Assembly: GCA_001873435.1 (NCBI GenBank)
Contig: MNZB01000001.1
Span: forward strand, 15,573 to 79,572
Source: Candidatus Pacebacteria bacterium CG2_30_36_39
GTDB taxonomy: Bacteria > Patescibacteriota > Microgenomatia > UBA1400 > PJMF01
DNA length: 64,000 nucleotides
Direction of reading: 5' to 3'
A program made the translations under genes and the position numbers. Under the pieces are notes generated by a model. That model made no database searches. It saw only the letters and a program-made list of their open reading frames with translations, and had not been told where the DNA came from. This document shows positions 11,829-22,453 of the stretch, one piece after another; the stretch's first letter is position 1; each line of letters starts with the position of its first letter.

Positions 11829-12677
11829 ATGCCTGAACTACCAGAAGTTGAGACAGTTGTAAGAAGATTAACTGAAGTTTTACCAGGTAAAACTATTATT
11901 GAGTTGAGTGTATTGAGAGATAAAAGTTTTCAAGGAAATCCCTCTTTTTTATTGGATCAACAAATTAAAAGTATTTCTCGTCGCGCTAAAATTATTTGTT
12001 TGCATTTAACTAATGAAAAAATAGTTCTCATTCATTTAAAAATGACTGGCCAGCTAATTTATCATTCAAAAGATAAAAAAATTGGTGGTGGCCATCCATC
12101 AGCAGATTGGGTAAATCAATTACCAAGTTCTCATACTAGAATCATCGCTCATCTCAATGATGGTGATAAATTATTTTTTAATGATATGAGAGTTTTTGGC
12201 TGGTGGAAAATTATTGATCCCAAAGACTTAGAGTTTGAATTTAGAAATTATGGACCAGATGTTAATACAGTTGATTTTTCTTTGGAATACTTAACAGAAA
12301 AACTAGTAAAAAAATCAATGCCTATCAAGCAAGTTATTATGGATAACTCTACTGTTGCTGGGATTGGTAATATTTATGCTAGTGAAGCATTGTATTTAGC
12401 TGGAATAGATCCTCGTAGATCGGCAAAATCTTTGGATAAAAAAGAAATTAAAGATTTATATAATTTTGCAAAACAAGTCATTGATGCTGGTATTATTGCT
12501 GGTGGAACAACTTTTGATGGTAAGTATGTTGATATTTTTGGGATGGCTGGTCAGTATCAAAATCAACTAAATGTTTATGGTCAAGATGGTAAGTCTTGTT
12601 TAAAATGTGGAGCTTTAATTAATAAAGTTAAATTGGGTGGAAGAGGAAGTTTCTTTTGTCCTAATTGCCAAAAATAA
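11829..12677 (+). CDS. mutM: Formamidopyrimidine-DNA glycosylase
   Basis: N-terminal PELPEVE catalytic signature; C-terminal CxxC...CxxC zinc finger. Confidence 0.9.
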   Translation: MPELPEVETVVRRLTEVLPGKTIIELSVLRDKSFQGNPSFLLDQQIKSISRRAKIICLHLTNEKIVLIHLKMTGQLIYHSKDKKIGGGHPSADWVNQLPSSHTRIIAHLNDGDKLFFNDMRVFGWWKIIDPKDLEFEFRNYGPDVNTVDFSLEYLTEKLVKKSMPIKQVIMDNSTVAGIGNIYASEALYLAGIDPRRSAKSLDKKEIKDLYNFAKQVIDAGIIAGGTTFDGKYVDIFGMAGQYQNQLNVYGQDGKSCLKCGALINKVKLGGRGSFFCPNCQK

Positions 12678-13174
12678 TTATGAAAAAAACGATTTATTCA
12701 GTTACTAATTTCTTACATTGTGGAGATGATTATCTATTTATTCATCGGACAAAGAGACAAAATAAAACTGATGGAAATAGACTAAACGGCATTGGTGGGA
12801 AACTTGAGCCAGGGGAAAATTTTTTACAAGCTGCTATTCGTGAAACTGCAGAAGAAACTGGTTACAAAGTTACAGAAGATAATATTAAATTAGCTGGTGT
12901 TGTTCGTATGCAGGGTGGCTATCCAGACGATTGGATGATGTGTTTCTTTAAAATTTCAGTACCTAATAAAGAAGTACCATTTGGTTTAGATAATGATGAG
13001 GGAGAGTTGGTTTGGTTGCCAAAAGATAAAGTATTGAATAGTGGTTATGAACTAGTAGATGATCTTAATTATTGTTTCAAAGATGTTGCTAACGAAAAGA
13101 TTCCCTTTATTGTTCATGCAGAGATTAATGAACAAGAGAAAGTTGCTGATTGGAATGTTAGTTATTTATTTTAA
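12665..13174 (+). CDS. NUDIX hydrolase
   Basis: Nudix box GGKLEPGENFLQAAIRETAEETG; overlaps the mutM stop by 13 nt. Confidence 0.8.
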   Translation: MPKIIMKKTIYSVTNFLHCGDDYLFIHRTKRQNKTDGNRLNGIGGKLEPGENFLQAAIRETAEETGYKVTEDNIKLAGVVRMQGGYPDDWMMCFFKISVPNKEVPFGLDNDEGELVWLPKDKVLNSGYELVDDLNYCFKDVANEKIPFIVHAEINEQEKVADWNVSYLF

Positions 13175-13176
13175 AA

Positions 13177-14109
13177 TTAAAGATATTTTTTCAAAGTGGT
13201 AACTGATTTTTCTAGCATTTGTTTTTCTTCCCAAGAGAGTTTGATTTCAATGGACTGCTCTACTCCATTGCGTCCAATGACGCATGGCACGCTTAATGAA
13301 ACTCCATGATAACCATAAAATCCATGAAGTGGAATAGAAACTGGAAATATTTTTTTACTATCAGTTAAAATATTTTCTACTAATTTTGCTGTAGCAGTAG
13401 CAATAGCATAGTAAGTAGCACCCTTTGCCTCAATAATTTTATAAGCAGCGTCGCGGGTTTTTTTATAACAAGCTTGAACTTTTTCTTCCGTAAAATCAGG
13501 CATTGAAAGCAAGCTTTGTCCACCGACTGTTGCTCCAGCAATCGCTGGAAAAGAAGTGTCTCCATGTTCGCCTAAAATATAGGCATGGATGCTTTTTGGA
13601 TTTACTTTCAATTCTTCTGATAAATGAAATCTGAAGCGCGAGGTATCAAGTGTTGTACCAGAACCAAAAATTCTACCCTTTGGTAATCCAGCAATTTTAT
13701 ATGCTTCATAAGTTAGAATATCAACTGGGTTGGCAACAATAATGATAATGGCATTGGGAGCATATTTTACAATTTTGGGAATAGCATCATGAATAATTGC
13801 CTTATTTTTATCAACCAAATCTAATCTAGTTTCTCCAGGTTTTTGTGCAGCACCAGCAGTAAAAATTACTACGTCGCTATCTTTTAGATCTTCATAAGAC
13901 TCAGTAGCAGTAATAGTGATGTGCTTGAGAAAAGACATGCCGTGCTCAAGATCAAGTTTTTCTCCCTCTGCTTTTTCTTTGCATCTGCTCATCAACATGA
14001 GTTCATTGGGGATGCCTTGTTGGACTAAAGCAAAAGCAGTTGACATGCCTACTTTTCCACAGCCAATAATAGCGACTTTGTTTTTATCAAATTTTAAAAA
14101 TTTAGGCAT
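13177..14109 (-). CDS. ldh: L-lactate/malate dehydrogenase family (probably fermentative L-LDH)
   Basis: Rossmann GCGKVG; catalytic-loop GEHGDTSFP; 310 aa. Confidence 0.85.
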   Translation of the reverse strand: MPKFLKFDKNKVAIIGCGKVGMSTAFALVQQGIPNELMLMSRCKEKAEGEKLDLEHGMSFLKHITITATESYEDLKDSDVVIFTAGAAQKPGETRLDLVDKNKAIIHDAIPKIVKYAPNAIIIIVANPVDILTYEAYKIAGLPKGRIFGSGTTLDTSRFRFHLSEELKVNPKSIHAYILGEHGDTSFPAIAGATVGGQSLLSMPDFTEEKVQACYKKTRDAAYKIIEAKGATYYAIATATAKLVENILTDSKKIFPVSIPLHGFYGYHGVSLSVPCVIGRNGVEQSIEIKLSWEEKQMLEKSVTTLKKYL

Positions 14110-15079
14110 GTTTCCATTCTATTACTTGTTTTATTGTTTGCTCAATGGCCGTGTTATCTAAGTTATGTTTTTGCCAGAGCTCTCTCATTGCTCCTGATTC
14201 ACCAAAAGTATCTTTGAGACCCAATGCTAGGTGAGGTAAACCAATTAATTTGCTTCCTTCTTTATCTTGAGCTAGCGCTTCAATAACAGCAGAATAAACC
14301 CCACCAATTATTTGATGTTCTTCAATAGTGATAAAAGCTTTGGTCTTTTGCAACGAATTTATAATTGTTTCGGTATCTATTGGTTTTATGGTATGAAGAT
14401 TAATAATTTCAACAGAAAAATTATTTTGTAAATTTTGTTGTGCAGTGATTACTTCGGTTAGAATTGGTCCATTACCGATGATTGTCAGGTCTGTTCCTTC
14501 TTTGATAATATTAGCTTTTCCTATTTCAAAATTAGTATTTTTAGTAAATTCTGGTAGTTTTTCTCTAGTCAATCTAAGATAGGCTGGTTTTTTGAGAGCA
14601 ACTAATGCATGTACTGCTTTTTTTGTTTCTGCAAAATCACCAGGAGCTATAACTATCATATTTGGTAATACTCTCATTAGAGCTAAATCTTCCAGTCCTT
14701 GCTGAGTATAGCCATCCTCACCAACATTTAAACCGGTGTGTCCGCCAACAATTATTACTGGTAGATTTGAATAACAAATAGAATCACGAATTTGTTCCCA
14801 GGTTCTTCCTGGACTAAAAACAGCAAAGCTAGCTGCAAAAGGTAGTTTTCCAACAATAGCCAGTCCTGCAGCAACTCCAACCATATTTTGTTCAGCTATG
14901 CCAACTTGAACAAAACGTTCCGGATAGGTTTGAGCAAATTTTTCTAAACGCATTGATTCTGTTAAATCAGCACATAAAGCCATGACTTCTGGATTAGTTG
15001 TCGCTACTTCCAGCATAGCTTCACCAAAGCCATCGCGGGTGCTTTTAAGGTTTAACTCTTGGCTTTTTGTTTTTGTCAT
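14102..15079 (-). CDS. Transketolase, C-terminal (pyrimidine-binding) subunit
   Basis: 325 aa, transketolase Pyr and C-terminal domains; overlaps the N-terminal subunit gene by 4 nt. Confidence 0.85.
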   Translation of the reverse strand: MTKTKSQELNLKSTRDGFGEAMLEVATTNPEVMALCADLTESMRLEKFAQTYPERFVQVGIAEQNMVGVAAGLAIVGKLPFAASFAVFSPGRTWEQIRDSICYSNLPVIIVGGHTGLNVGEDGYTQQGLEDLALMRVLPNMIVIAPGDFAETKKAVHALVALKKPAYLRLTREKLPEFTKNTNFEIGKANIIKEGTDLTIIGNGPILTEVITAQQNLQNNFSVEIINLHTIKPIDTETIINSLQKTKAFITIEEHQIIGGVYSAVIEALAQDKEGSKLIGLPHLALGLKDTFGESGAMRELWQKHNLDNTAIEQTIKQVIEWKHA

Positions 15080-15909
15080 GACTCATTTATTTCTGTCAGT
15101 GCTTTAATTGTTTCTTCTTTATTTGGTGCTTTTCCATGCCATTCTGGATTGTTTTCCATAAAAGACACGCCCTTACCGGCAATTGTTTGGCAAAGAATTA
15201 CACTTGGATTATCATTGGATAAGTCTTGAGTAAAAGCCTTATTTAATTCAATGAAGTTATGACCATTGGTTTTGATTGCATTCCAGCCAAAATCAGCAAT
15301 TTTTTCAAAGAAAGGATGCATCGGCATGACTTGATCAGTATGACCTGATATCTGGATTTTATTTACATCAACAATAATTGAAAGATTTCCAAGGTGGTAT
15401 TTATTGGCTAATAATAGGGCTTCCCAGGTTTGTCCTTCTTGAAACTCTCCATCACTCATGAGGCAAAATACATGATTGGGTTTATGGTCCGCTTTTAAGC
15501 CTATTGCTAGTCCTACAGCTTGAGATATTCCTTGAGCTAATGAACCAGCTGAAATTTCTACCCCAGGTACCAATTGTCTCTGTGGATGTCCTTGTAAGCG
15601 ACTTCCTAGTTTACGGAGTTGGACCAACTCTTCAATCGGAAAATAACCTGCTTCTGCCAATACTGCATAAAGTGCCGGACAATGGTGACCGCTTGATAGG
15701 AGTACATAGTCTCTATCTGGCCATTGTGGATTTTGTGGTTGATGTTTGGCAAGGTAAAAATAGATAAAAACCATTATTTCAGCCCAGCTAAGTGAACCAG
15801 CAGAATGACCACTACCAGCGTGGTAGAGCATTTTAATTATATTGCTACGGACGTTTTTTGTGATTTCAGTCAAACGATGAATATCATTTGGAGTAAGTTG
15901 GGCAGACAT
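15076..15909 (-). CDS. Transketolase, N-terminal (TPP-binding) subunit
   Basis: 277 aa, thiamine-diphosphate-binding fold (GDG...E...N). Confidence 0.85.
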   Translation of the reverse strand: MSAQLTPNDIHRLTEITKNVRSNIIKMLYHAGSGHSAGSLSWAEIMVFIYFYLAKHQPQNPQWPDRDYVLLSSGHHCPALYAVLAEAGYFPIEELVQLRKLGSRLQGHPQRQLVPGVEISAGSLAQGISQAVGLAIGLKADHKPNHVFCLMSDGEFQEGQTWEALLLANKYHLGNLSIIVDVNKIQISGHTDQVMPMHPFFEKIADFGWNAIKTNGHNFIELNKAFTQDLSNDNPSVILCQTIAGKGVSFMENNPEWHGKAPNKEETIKALTEINES

Positions 15910-15954
15910 ATATTCCTGCCTCTAGTCTAGCAGAATTTAAAGATAGCGAGAAGC

Positions 15955-18900
15955 TTATTTCAATAGTTCAGCTACTTTTTCTTCTAGAGTCTTATTCCAC
16001 TCTACTCCATACGGTAGTTTCATTCTTTCTGGTTTGCCACCGTTGGGAATGATAATGACAATATTGGTTTTCCCTGGGTTGGCTTTGAGTAGTTTTCCTA
16101 GTTTTTGTAGTGTTTCTTTACTAGTTTTTCTGGGAATAAAGATTTCTTGAGCCAAAGTATCTGTGGCAAATTCAACTTCTTCCTCTTTTGGAACAGTAAC
16201 TTTTTCTGCAATTAATTTAACTTCATCTTCTTGTACTTCAACTTTTGCTTTAACCAAAATTACTCGGTCTTGAACGATGTAATCTTTGGCAGCTTCAAAA
16301 ACCTTTGGGAAGAAAACCACTTCTACTGTGCCAGAACTATCTTGGAGATTACCAAAAGCCATTTCAGCTCCAGTCTTTTTAGTTCTAACAATTTTTGTTC
16401 TAGTTAAAATACCACCAAATAGAAATATTTGGCCTTTATGTAGTAATTGATCGATATCGGCAATATTTTTATTAGATCTGCTTTGTACGGCTTCTAATTG
16501 ATTTGCTAAAGGATGGCTAGTCAAATACATGCCCAACAATTCTTTTTCAAAAGATAATAATTCTTGAAGTGGATATTCTGGAATAATAGTAAAAGTATCT
16601 TCAATATTTGTTGTAGAAGTTGTGGCAACATCTGTAAAAAGATTGTCTTGGCCATCTACTTCAGATTGAAATTGAGTAGCTGTTTGACGAATGTCTTCAA
16701 GATTTTCTAGCATACTGGCTCTAGTGCCAAAACCATCCATAGTGCCAACTTTAACTAAGCTCTCAATTACTTTTTTATTAACTTTTCTACCATCTGTTTT
16801 ATATAAGAATTCTGTAAAAGAATGAAAATCTTTCTTATTTGCTTTTCTAGTTTCCAGAATATTTTCAATAGCAGCTGTGCCAACATTTTTAATTGAAGTT
16901 AAACTAAAACGAATGGCTTTTTTTTGTAAAGAATTTTCATTTGTTTCAATAGTAAAAGTATCATCTGACTTATTAATATCTGGAGGTAAAACAATAATAC
17001 CCATCTCTTTGCAGGTTGCTGTGGCAAGGTTGACTTTTTCATCACTTGTCATTGAATGAGAGTTTGTTTCTACTGTCATTAAGGCAGCCATATATTCGAC
17101 TGGATAATTAGCTTTTAGGTAAGCAGTTTGATATGAGATCATGGCATAACTTGCAGCATGGGATTTGTTAAAACCATAGTTAGCAAAGGCCTCAATGAAG
17201 CTCCAGACTTTCTCTGCCACTTCTTTTTTATAACCTTTTTTAACTGATTCAGTAATAAAACGATTTTTGTTTTTATCTAGAATTTTTTTCTTTTTCTTGC
17301 CAATAGCACGACGAAGCATGTCTGCTTCTCCAAGAGAATAGCCGGCCATGTGATGTACAATTTCTAAAACCTGCTCTTGGTAAACCATGATGCCATAGGT
17401 TTCGCCCAAAATAGGTTTGAGTGACTCATCTGGATAAGCAACTTTTTCTGGATTGTGTTTTCCTTCAATAAAACGTGGAATAAGATCCATAGGACCAGGT
17501 CGGTAAAGCGCCAACATAGCTGTAATATCTGAAAATTGAGAAGGTTGTAGGTTTTTTGCCACTCTTCTCATACCACCAGATTCTAATTGGAAAACACCAG
17601 AAGTTTCTCCAGAAGAAAGTAATTCATAAGTTTTTTTATCATCTAAAGGTAGAGTATCTAGATCTATCTCTATTTTTTGATATTTTCTTATTAAATTAAC
17701 TGCTGTTTGTAGGGTTGATAGATTTCTCAAACCCAAGAAGTCAAATTTTAGTAAGCCAATGGCATTGTCGTCAACATTACAGTCCAAAGAATACATATCA
17801 TATTGAGTAATCATTTTGCCGCTACGACCATCTCTTTGAATTGGGGTGTATTCTGAAAGAGCTTTATCAGCAATGATGACAGCTGCGGCGTGAACGCTAC
17901 TATGACGAATGGTACCTTCAACTTTTTGTGCCAAGTCTAGTAGTTTTTTAAACTTTGGTTGTTTGTAATATTCTCCTAATTCTGGAACATTTTTTATTGC
18001 ATCAGCTAGGCTGGTTTTTTTACCAGGATCGTTTGGAATCAATTTAGCTATTTTATCTGGGTCTTCATATGGTAAACCAAGGACGCGTCCAATATCTCTA
18101 ATCGCGACTCTAGCCTCCATTTTTCCAAAGGTAATCACATGTCCAACATGGTCATGGCCATATGTTTTTGAAGCATATTCAATAACTTCTTCTCTACGAT
18201 CATCAGCAAAATCAATATCAATATCAGGAGGTGTCGGACGTTCTGGATTTAAAAATCTTTCAAAAGGTAGACCATGCTCCATTGGATCTAGAGTGGTAAT
18301 GTTGAGACAAAATGATACTAATGAGCCAGCGGCTGATCCACGGCCTGGACCAACGCCTATGCCATTATTTTTTGCCCAGTTTACAAAATCTTGAGTAATC
18401 AAAAAGTAGGTTGGATAGCCTTTATCATTAATAATACCCATTTCATATTCTGCTCTTTCTTTGAGGGCTGGAGTAATTTCTTTAAATTTTTTCTCCATTC
18501 CTTTGTAAACCATTTTCTTTAACCAAGTTTCTGCTGTTTCACCTTTGGGTAATGGATACTTTGGAAAGATAAGTTGACCAGTGGGAATCTTAACATTACA
18601 GCGTTCAGCTATTTTGAGAGTGTTTTCAATCGCTTCTGGATATTCAGCAAAAAGATTTTTCATTTCATCACCAGATTTCAAATAGAAATCAGGATTGTCC
18701 TTCATTTTCATCCGTTTTTCATCAGAAATTAATTTGCGTGTCTGTACACAAATTAAAGCATCCTGTGCATCAACCTCATCTTTTTCGATGTAATGAACGT
18801 CATTGGTGGCAACTAGATCCAACTTTAGTTTACGAGCTATGGCCACTAATTTTTTATTTAAATCTTTTAATTCTGGAATAGATGGATGGTTTTGTAGTTC

Positions 18901-19431
18901 GACATAGAGTCGATCGCCAAAAATTTTTTGATATTTTTTAAATTTTTCCAAAGCTTCTTCGTCTTTGTTGTTGCGCAGTAGTCTATTAAAAGGACTATTC
19001 ATACAACCACTTAGTACAATGAGTCCTTCGCTATATTTTTCCAAAGTTTCTTCATCAATACGAGGCTTATACGAAAATCCTTCCAGATTGGCAATTGAGA
19101 CTAATCTCATTAAGTTTCTATAGCCTTCAAAATTTTCAGCCAAGACAGTTAAATGAGCCTGATCATCTCCAGGTTTAATTTGCTTGTCATGAAGAGAATT
19201 TTTGGCTATATACAATTCACAGCCAATAATAGGTTTAATTTCAGCCTCTCTGCAGGCATTGTAAAAAGAAATAGCGCCGTACATGCCACCATGATCTGTC
19301 ATGGCAACAGCAGTTTGTCCTAGATCTTTAACTTTTTTAATTAATTTGGGAACTTTAGCCAAGCCATCCAACATGGAATACTCAGTGTGAACGTGAAGAT
19401 GAACAAAATCTGCCGACATGACTTCTTGCAA
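15955..19431 (-). CDS. dnaE: DNA polymerase III subunit alpha
   Basis: 1158 aa; N-terminal PHP domain (HLHVHTEYSMLDG), polymerase core, OB fold. Confidence 0.95.
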   Translation of the reverse strand: MQEVMSADFVHLHVHTEYSMLDGLAKVPKLIKKVKDLGQTAVAMTDHGGMYGAISFYNACREAEIKPIIGCELYIAKNSLHDKQIKPGDDQAHLTVLAENFEGYRNLMRLVSIANLEGFSYKPRIDEETLEKYSEGLIVLSGCMNSPFNRLLRNNKDEEALEKFKKYQKIFGDRLYVELQNHPSIPELKDLNKKLVAIARKLKLDLVATNDVHYIEKDEVDAQDALICVQTRKLISDEKRMKMKDNPDFYLKSGDEMKNLFAEYPEAIENTLKIAERCNVKIPTGQLIFPKYPLPKGETAETWLKKMVYKGMEKKFKEITPALKERAEYEMGIINDKGYPTYFLITQDFVNWAKNNGIGVGPGRGSAAGSLVSFCLNITTLDPMEHGLPFERFLNPERPTPPDIDIDFADDRREEVIEYASKTYGHDHVGHVITFGKMEARVAIRDIGRVLGLPYEDPDKIAKLIPNDPGKKTSLADAIKNVPELGEYYKQPKFKKLLDLAQKVEGTIRHSSVHAAAVIIADKALSEYTPIQRDGRSGKMITQYDMYSLDCNVDDNAIGLLKFDFLGLRNLSTLQTAVNLIRKYQKIEIDLDTLPLDDKKTYELLSSGETSGVFQLESGGMRRVAKNLQPSQFSDITAMLALYRPGPMDLIPRFIEGKHNPEKVAYPDESLKPILGETYGIMVYQEQVLEIVHHMAGYSLGEADMLRRAIGKKKKKILDKNKNRFITESVKKGYKKEVAEKVWSFIEAFANYGFNKSHAASYAMISYQTAYLKANYPVEYMAALMTVETNSHSMTSDEKVNLATATCKEMGIIVLPPDINKSDDTFTIETNENSLQKKAIRFSLTSIKNVGTAAIENILETRKANKKDFHSFTEFLYKTDGRKVNKKVIESLVKVGTMDGFGTRASMLENLEDIRQTATQFQSEVDGQDNLFTDVATTSTTNIEDTFTIIPEYPLQELLSFEKELLGMYLTSHPLANQLEAVQSRSNKNIADIDQLLHKGQIFLFGGILTRTKIVRTKKTGAEMAFGNLQDSSGTVEVVFFPKVFEAAKDYIVQDRVILVKAKVEVQEDEVKLIAEKVTVPKEEEVEFATDTLAQEIFIPRKTSKETLQKLGKLLKANPGKTNIVIIIPNGGKPERMKLPYGVEWNKTLEEKVAELLK

Positions 19432-19447
19432 TATCCCATAGCCTCAG

Positions 19448-20815
19448 TTAGCTTTCAAGAGCTGCTTGGAGTGTTTGTCTTATTAACTGAGGATCAACTT
19501 TTTTACCTAAACTACGTAACATTTGTCCCATTAAAAAGCCAAAAACTTGTTTTTGACCTGTTTGGTATTTTTGAACAGCATCTTGGTTTTCTGCCAAAAC
19601 CTGTTTTATGGTGGTTGCTAATAGTTCGTCACCAACTTCTTCTGTTTTATGGGCAGCTCTAAATTTTTCTATTACTGAACTTGGTTCTTCAAAATCTTTG
19701 ACTTCAATTTTTTTGTTAATGTAGTCATTGATGAAGCTGGTAATGTTTAGTTTGTTTTCTTTTAATAAATTTAAGATTTTTTCTAACCAACTAATTAGTT
19801 TTGCATCATCTACCATAGCTAGTTCTTCTGCTTTGTTGGGTTGAATAGAAAACTCTTTAGTCCAGCGAGTCGTAACTTCATTGGTTAGTTCTGGTAGAGT
19901 TTTTTTAATTTCTGCCAAATATTCTTTGCTGAAATGAAATGGGGGTAAATCTGGATCTGGAAAATAGCGATAGTCTTCTGCTTCTTCTTTTATGCGTTGT
20001 GAGAAGGTTTCATTTTTTTGTGAATTCCAACCTCTTGTTTCTTGAACTGGGGTTTTGCCTGTTTCTAGAATTTCCGCTTGTCTAGTCAATTCATAGTCAA
20101 TAGCAGCTTCCATAAAACGGAATGAGTTAATGTTTTTAATTTCTACTTTGTAATTAGGTAGTTCTGTTTCACCTTTTTTGCGTAAAGAAATATTTGCTTC
20201 CAAACGCATACCACCTTGTTCCATGTCACAGTCGGCTATATCTAGAAAGCGTAAAATATGACGAAGTTTTTTACCATATTCCTTTGCTTGAGTGCCGCTT
20301 TTAATATCTGGTTCAGTTACAACTTCAACCAAAGGTACGCCGCCACGATTGAAATCAATGAGACTTACTTTTTTTCCTTCAATGGAGGTGTGCATTAATT
20401 TGCCAGTATCTTCTTCTAGATGAATACGACGAAGCCTAACCTTACCCATTGGTGTTTCAATTATGCCGTTATAGCAAAAAGGTAAATCATATTGGCTAAT
20501 CTGATAGCCTTTGGCTAGATCTGGGTAGAAATAGTGTTTACGATCAAATTTAGAAAATTCATTAATTGAACAACCAGTGGCATAGCCCAGTTTAATCGTC
20601 CATTCAATAGCCCTTTTATTTGCAACAGGAATTCCCCCTGGCATACCCAGACAAACTGGGCATGTATAGATATTTGGTTTATCTGCACCAAAAGGATCGT
20701 TGTTGCAACCACAAAACATTTTAGAAGTAGTTTTTAATTCCGCATGTACTTCTAAGCCAATGACGGCTTCATAAGTTTCTTGCCATTTCATGATTGAGTC
20801 CTCCAAGAGTTCCAA
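19448..20815 (-). CDS. gatB: Asp-tRNA(Asn)/Glu-tRNA(Gln) amidotransferase subunit B
   Basis: 455 aa; N-terminal GLEVH...CGC motif region; C-terminal GatB/YqeY domain. Confidence 0.93.
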   Translation of the reverse strand: MELLEDSIMKWQETYEAVIGLEVHAELKTTSKMFCGCNNDPFGADKPNIYTCPVCLGMPGGIPVANKRAIEWTIKLGYATGCSINEFSKFDRKHYFYPDLAKGYQISQYDLPFCYNGIIETPMGKVRLRRIHLEEDTGKLMHTSIEGKKVSLIDFNRGGVPLVEVVTEPDIKSGTQAKEYGKKLRHILRFLDIADCDMEQGGMRLEANISLRKKGETELPNYKVEIKNINSFRFMEAAIDYELTRQAEILETGKTPVQETRGWNSQKNETFSQRIKEEAEDYRYFPDPDLPPFHFSKEYLAEIKKTLPELTNEVTTRWTKEFSIQPNKAEELAMVDDAKLISWLEKILNLLKENKLNITSFINDYINKKIEVKDFEEPSSVIEKFRAAHKTEEVGDELLATTIKQVLAENQDAVQKYQTGQKQVFGFLMGQMLRSLGKKVDPQLIRQTLQAALES

Positions 20816-22170
20816 GCAGTATTTTTTTCAAAGGCATCACCTACTTGAATGACTAGATCTTCACGCCACATTGGAGCGATGATATCCATGCCTAGGAATA
20901 GATTGGTTTTTTCGTCACGATAATATGGAACGTTGAGTCCTGGTAATCCAGCAACTGAACTGGCTTCCACCAACATGTCTTCGAGTTCTCCGAACATAGC
21001 TTGACCTTCAGTGACGCCAATTTTTTTAGCAAATCCTGGTGAAGTTGGAGCAATTAATACATCATAGGTATTAAAAAGTTTTTTGAGATCTTCAATAAAG
21101 AGGGTTCTGACTTTTTGTGCTAGCTCGTAATATTTTTCTGCATAACCCTTACTTAGGGTGTAAGTGCCTAACATTTGGCGACGTTTTGCTTCATCGCTAA
21201 AATATGAACGATCATTGCCGTAGCGAACTCCATCATAACGAGCTAAGTTACTGCTAACTTCTCCTCTTTGTACTACAGTGTAGACGCCAATAGCATAGTG
21301 CGGGTCCATAGCGGTGGTTTTTTCAACTGTAGCTCCAAGATTTTCTAGAACTTTAAGTTGTTCCATGAGTTTTTCATTAGCAAATTCAGCTCCAGTAATG
21401 TCGTGGTAAATAACACCAATTTTTAGACCTTTGACTGGAGTGTTTAGGGTTTGGGTAAAGTCAGGGGTGGTTTGAGCAGTGCTAGTGCCGTCCAGTGGAT
21501 CATGACCAGCAATTTGGTTTAATAAAATAGCTGCGTCTTCTACGGTTTTAGTGATTGGGCCAGGGCTATCTGTAGATGAGGCCATAGCTGCTACTCCATA
21601 GCGACTAACTCTGCCATAAGTTGGCTTGAGTCCTACTACGCCACACCAAGCAGCTGGTTGACGAATTGAGCCGGCTGTTTCTGTTCCAAGAGCTGTAATG
21701 GCTAGATCTGCGGCGACTGCCGCAGCACTACCGCCAGAAGATCCTCCCGGGAGATGCTCGGTGTTACGAGGATTTAAAGTCCGACCATAGTCACTAGTTT
21801 CTGTTGATGAGCCATGAGCCCAGGCATCCATGTTGGTTTTACCAATCATGACTCCACCTGCATTTTTGAGTTTTTTAATGACAGTGGCATCAAATTGGGG
21901 TTTGAATTTATCTAAGACTTTGGCTGAGGCTGTGGTACGAAAATCACGAGTGCAATAGTTGTCTTTGATGGCAATTGGAGCGCCGGCTAGCGGTGTATTT
22001 AATAGTTTTTCGGCTTGGTCTAGAGCTTGGTTGTTGAGAGTGAGATAGATATTGAGTGATTTATTTTTTTCCTCAATATTTTTTTGGACATCTGCATAGA
22101 GTTCTCGATGTGAGAACTTTTTGTTTTTTAATCCCTCAATGGTTTGAGCTAAAGTTAGCTTATTTAACAT
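20788..22170 (-). CDS. gatA: Glu-tRNA(Gln) amidotransferase subunit A (amidase signature family)
   Basis: Amidase signature GGSSGGSAAAVA with a Ser-cisSer-Lys triad context; 460 aa. Confidence 0.93.
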   Translation of the reverse strand: MLNKLTLAQTIEGLKNKKFSHRELYADVQKNIEEKNKSLNIYLTLNNQALDQAEKLLNTPLAGAPIAIKDNYCTRDFRTTASAKVLDKFKPQFDATVIKKLKNAGGVMIGKTNMDAWAHGSSTETSDYGRTLNPRNTEHLPGGSSGGSAAAVAADLAITALGTETAGSIRQPAAWCGVVGLKPTYGRVSRYGVAAMASSTDSPGPITKTVEDAAILLNQIAGHDPLDGTSTAQTTPDFTQTLNTPVKGLKIGVIYHDITGAEFANEKLMEQLKVLENLGATVEKTTAMDPHYAIGVYTVVQRGEVSSNLARYDGVRYGNDRSYFSDEAKRRQMLGTYTLSKGYAEKYYELAQKVRTLFIEDLKKLFNTYDVLIAPTSPGFAKKIGVTEGQAMFGELEDMLVEASSVAGLPGLNVPYYRDEKTNLFLGMDIIAPMWREDLVIQVGDAFEKNTAWNSWRTQS

Positions 22171-22177
22171 TAATTGC

Positions 22178-22453
22178 TTATCCTAAAGATTTTTCTATTT
22201 TTGTAGCTTCTTTAATTTTTTTCTGATTTTTTAAGAAAGCTGAGGCTGAATAAATTAGACCTGATAAAAACAACACAACATAAATGAGACCAATGGTTAT
22301 GGAGAATTTTTTGGAAAATCCTGTCATGTTGAGAAAAATGAAAATGCTAAAGATTATGAACTGAAGTAATATAGCTTCCAGAGCAGTGGCCATTCTTTCT
22401 TTACGAGCTTGGTCTAAAAGAAATTTTTTATCTTCCATGGTTAGGCTAGGCAT
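22178..22453 (-). CDS. Small two-TM membrane protein inserted between gatC and gatA
   Basis: 91-aa ORF tightly packed (8-nt overlap with gatC, 7-nt gap to gatA). Charged N-terminus, then two hydrophobic helices. Confidence 0.45.
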   Translation of the reverse strand: MPSLTMEDKKFLLDQARKERMATALEAILLQFIIFSIFIFLNMTGFSKKFSITIGLIYVVLFLSGLIYSASAFLKNQKKIKEATKIEKSLG

